This document shows positions 6,396-7,404 of a stretch of 7,404 bases of DNA, piece by piece. The notes under the pieces were generated by a model. It made no database searches, was not told the DNA's origin, and saw only the letters and a program-made list of their open reading frames with translations. The stretch comes from Octopus sinensis (taxonomy: Eukaryota), in assembly GCF_006345805.1 (NCBI RefSeq), contig NW_021828879.1:1-7404 (forward strand). The letters are read 5' to 3'. Made by a program: the position numbers and the translations under genes. Each line of letters starts with the position of its first letter. Within the stretch, counting starts at the first letter, position 1.

Positions 6396-7110
6396 CAATG
6401 GTTTCCAAAGTGGGCAGTATTGCCAGCTTGGGTGAGCTGGCAGAAACGTTAGCACGCCGGGCGAAATGCTTAGCGGTATTTCGTCTGTGTTACGTTGTGA
6501 GTTCGAATTCCGCCGAGGTCGACTTTGCCTTTCATCCTTTCGGGGTCGATAAATCAAGTACTAGTTACGCACTGGGGTCGATGTAATCGACTTAATACCT
6601 ATGTCTGCCCTTGTTTGTCCCCTCTGTGTTTAGCCCCTTGTGGGTAGTAAAGAAATAGGTATTTCGTCTGTGTTACGTTGTGAGTTCGAATTCCGCCGAG
6701 TCGACTTTGCCTTTCATCCTTTCGGGGTCGATAAATCAAGTACTAGTTACGCACTGGGGTCGATGTAATCGACTTAATACCTATGTCTGCCCTTGTTTGT
6801 CCCCTCTGTGTTTGGCCCCTTGTGGGTAATAAAGAAATAGGAAAGTACCAAGGGGCAATACTTTTGAAGAAAAGTGGGGCGATAATGGGATAGCGATTCA
6901 TGTAAAGACAACAAAATAATGGGTTCGTTAGGTCAAGGTTTATTTGTGAAATTCTGTCGCTTTCAATTTGCTTCAGAAAGGGGTCTATGCTTGTGATCTA
7001 CGAACTTCTACAGAAAGGGACACAGAAGAAACAAGGAGAGAAAAAAATGTGTGTAGTGGCTAACACATATACATATCTATGCACACACACATACACACAC
7101 GCACATGTAA
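6396..7110 (+). mobile_element. Possible hAT/Charlie-like MITE interrupted by the SINE dimer
   Basis: CAATGGTTTCCAAAGTGGGC resembles a CAGTGGTTCCCAAAGTG-type hAT terminus. A 9-bp inverted pair (6416-6424 and 6854-6862) brackets the SINE. No right TIR is seen. Confidence 0.35.
6430..6839 (+). mobile_element. tRNA-derived SINE type B followed by a tandem partial copy
   Basis: Full copy at 6430-6657. 6658-6839 repeats 6475-6657 with 3 differences (one deletion, two substitutions). Confidence 0.95.
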
Positions 7111-7111
7111 G

Positions 7112-7404
7112 GGCGCGTGACCTAGTGGTTAGGGTGTCGCGCTCACGGTCACTACATCATGGTTTCGATTCCCGGGCAGGATAGGTCGTTGTGTTCTTGA
7201 GCAAAGCACTCCATTTCACTTCAGTTCCAGTTCACTCAACTGTAAATGGGTAATCTTCTGACGGAATAACCTTCCGATCACGGAAATGTTGACCTGGTCA
7301 CCTAGCGAGCAGGGGGGGGGGGGTCATTCGAAATCTAAAACAACGCGAAGCGTTTTGTGACCAGCGACATCCGACAGTCTGGTCGATACCGTGATGTATG
7401 TATG
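7112..7404 (+). mobile_element. tRNA-derived SINE type D (CORE-like) with probable (ATGT)n tail at the window end
   Basis: A-box-like TGACCTAGTGG (7118-7128), B-box-like GGTTTCGATTCCC (7161-7173), and CORE-like TGTGTTCTTGAGCAAAGCACT...CAACTGTAAATGGGTA (about 7190-7252). Confidence 0.7.

Noticed and set aside
6475-6839. CRISPR-like or satellite array
   Set aside because: Only two 183-bp SINE-derived units, no spacers and no cas genes; eukaryotic context.
6083-7173. tRNA genes at A/B-box pairs (6083-6136, about 6433-6510, 7118-7173)
   Set aside because: No complete cloverleaf; each runs into SINE body sequence.

Overview
Eukaryotic, repeat-dense, largely non-genic DNA. The SINE families and microsatellite style match what I recall from cephalopod (Octopus-like) genomes; this is an inference. 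No intact host gene is supported. Contents: (1) a full-length but dead mariner (DD34D, mellifera-subfamily-like) at 357-1640 with TIRs and TA target duplication; (2) several tRNA-derived SINE copies of at least three types, one being a partial tandem dimer; (3) a 5'-truncated Penelope-like retroelement (PLE) on the minus strand at about 4435-5932, with a frameshifted GIY-YIG endonuclease; (4) microsatellites, a GA-rich tract, and possible MITE and Helitron-like remnants. The PLE is the most interesting part. Its 3' pseudo-LTR carries duplicated CCAAT/E-box modules, a TATA-like box and a degenerate minimal hammerhead ribozyme. An inverted copy of its terminal ~84 bp sits at the 5' end and starts at the predicted ribozyme cleavage triplet. 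The PLE appears nested in the internal (AT)n tract of a composite SINE.
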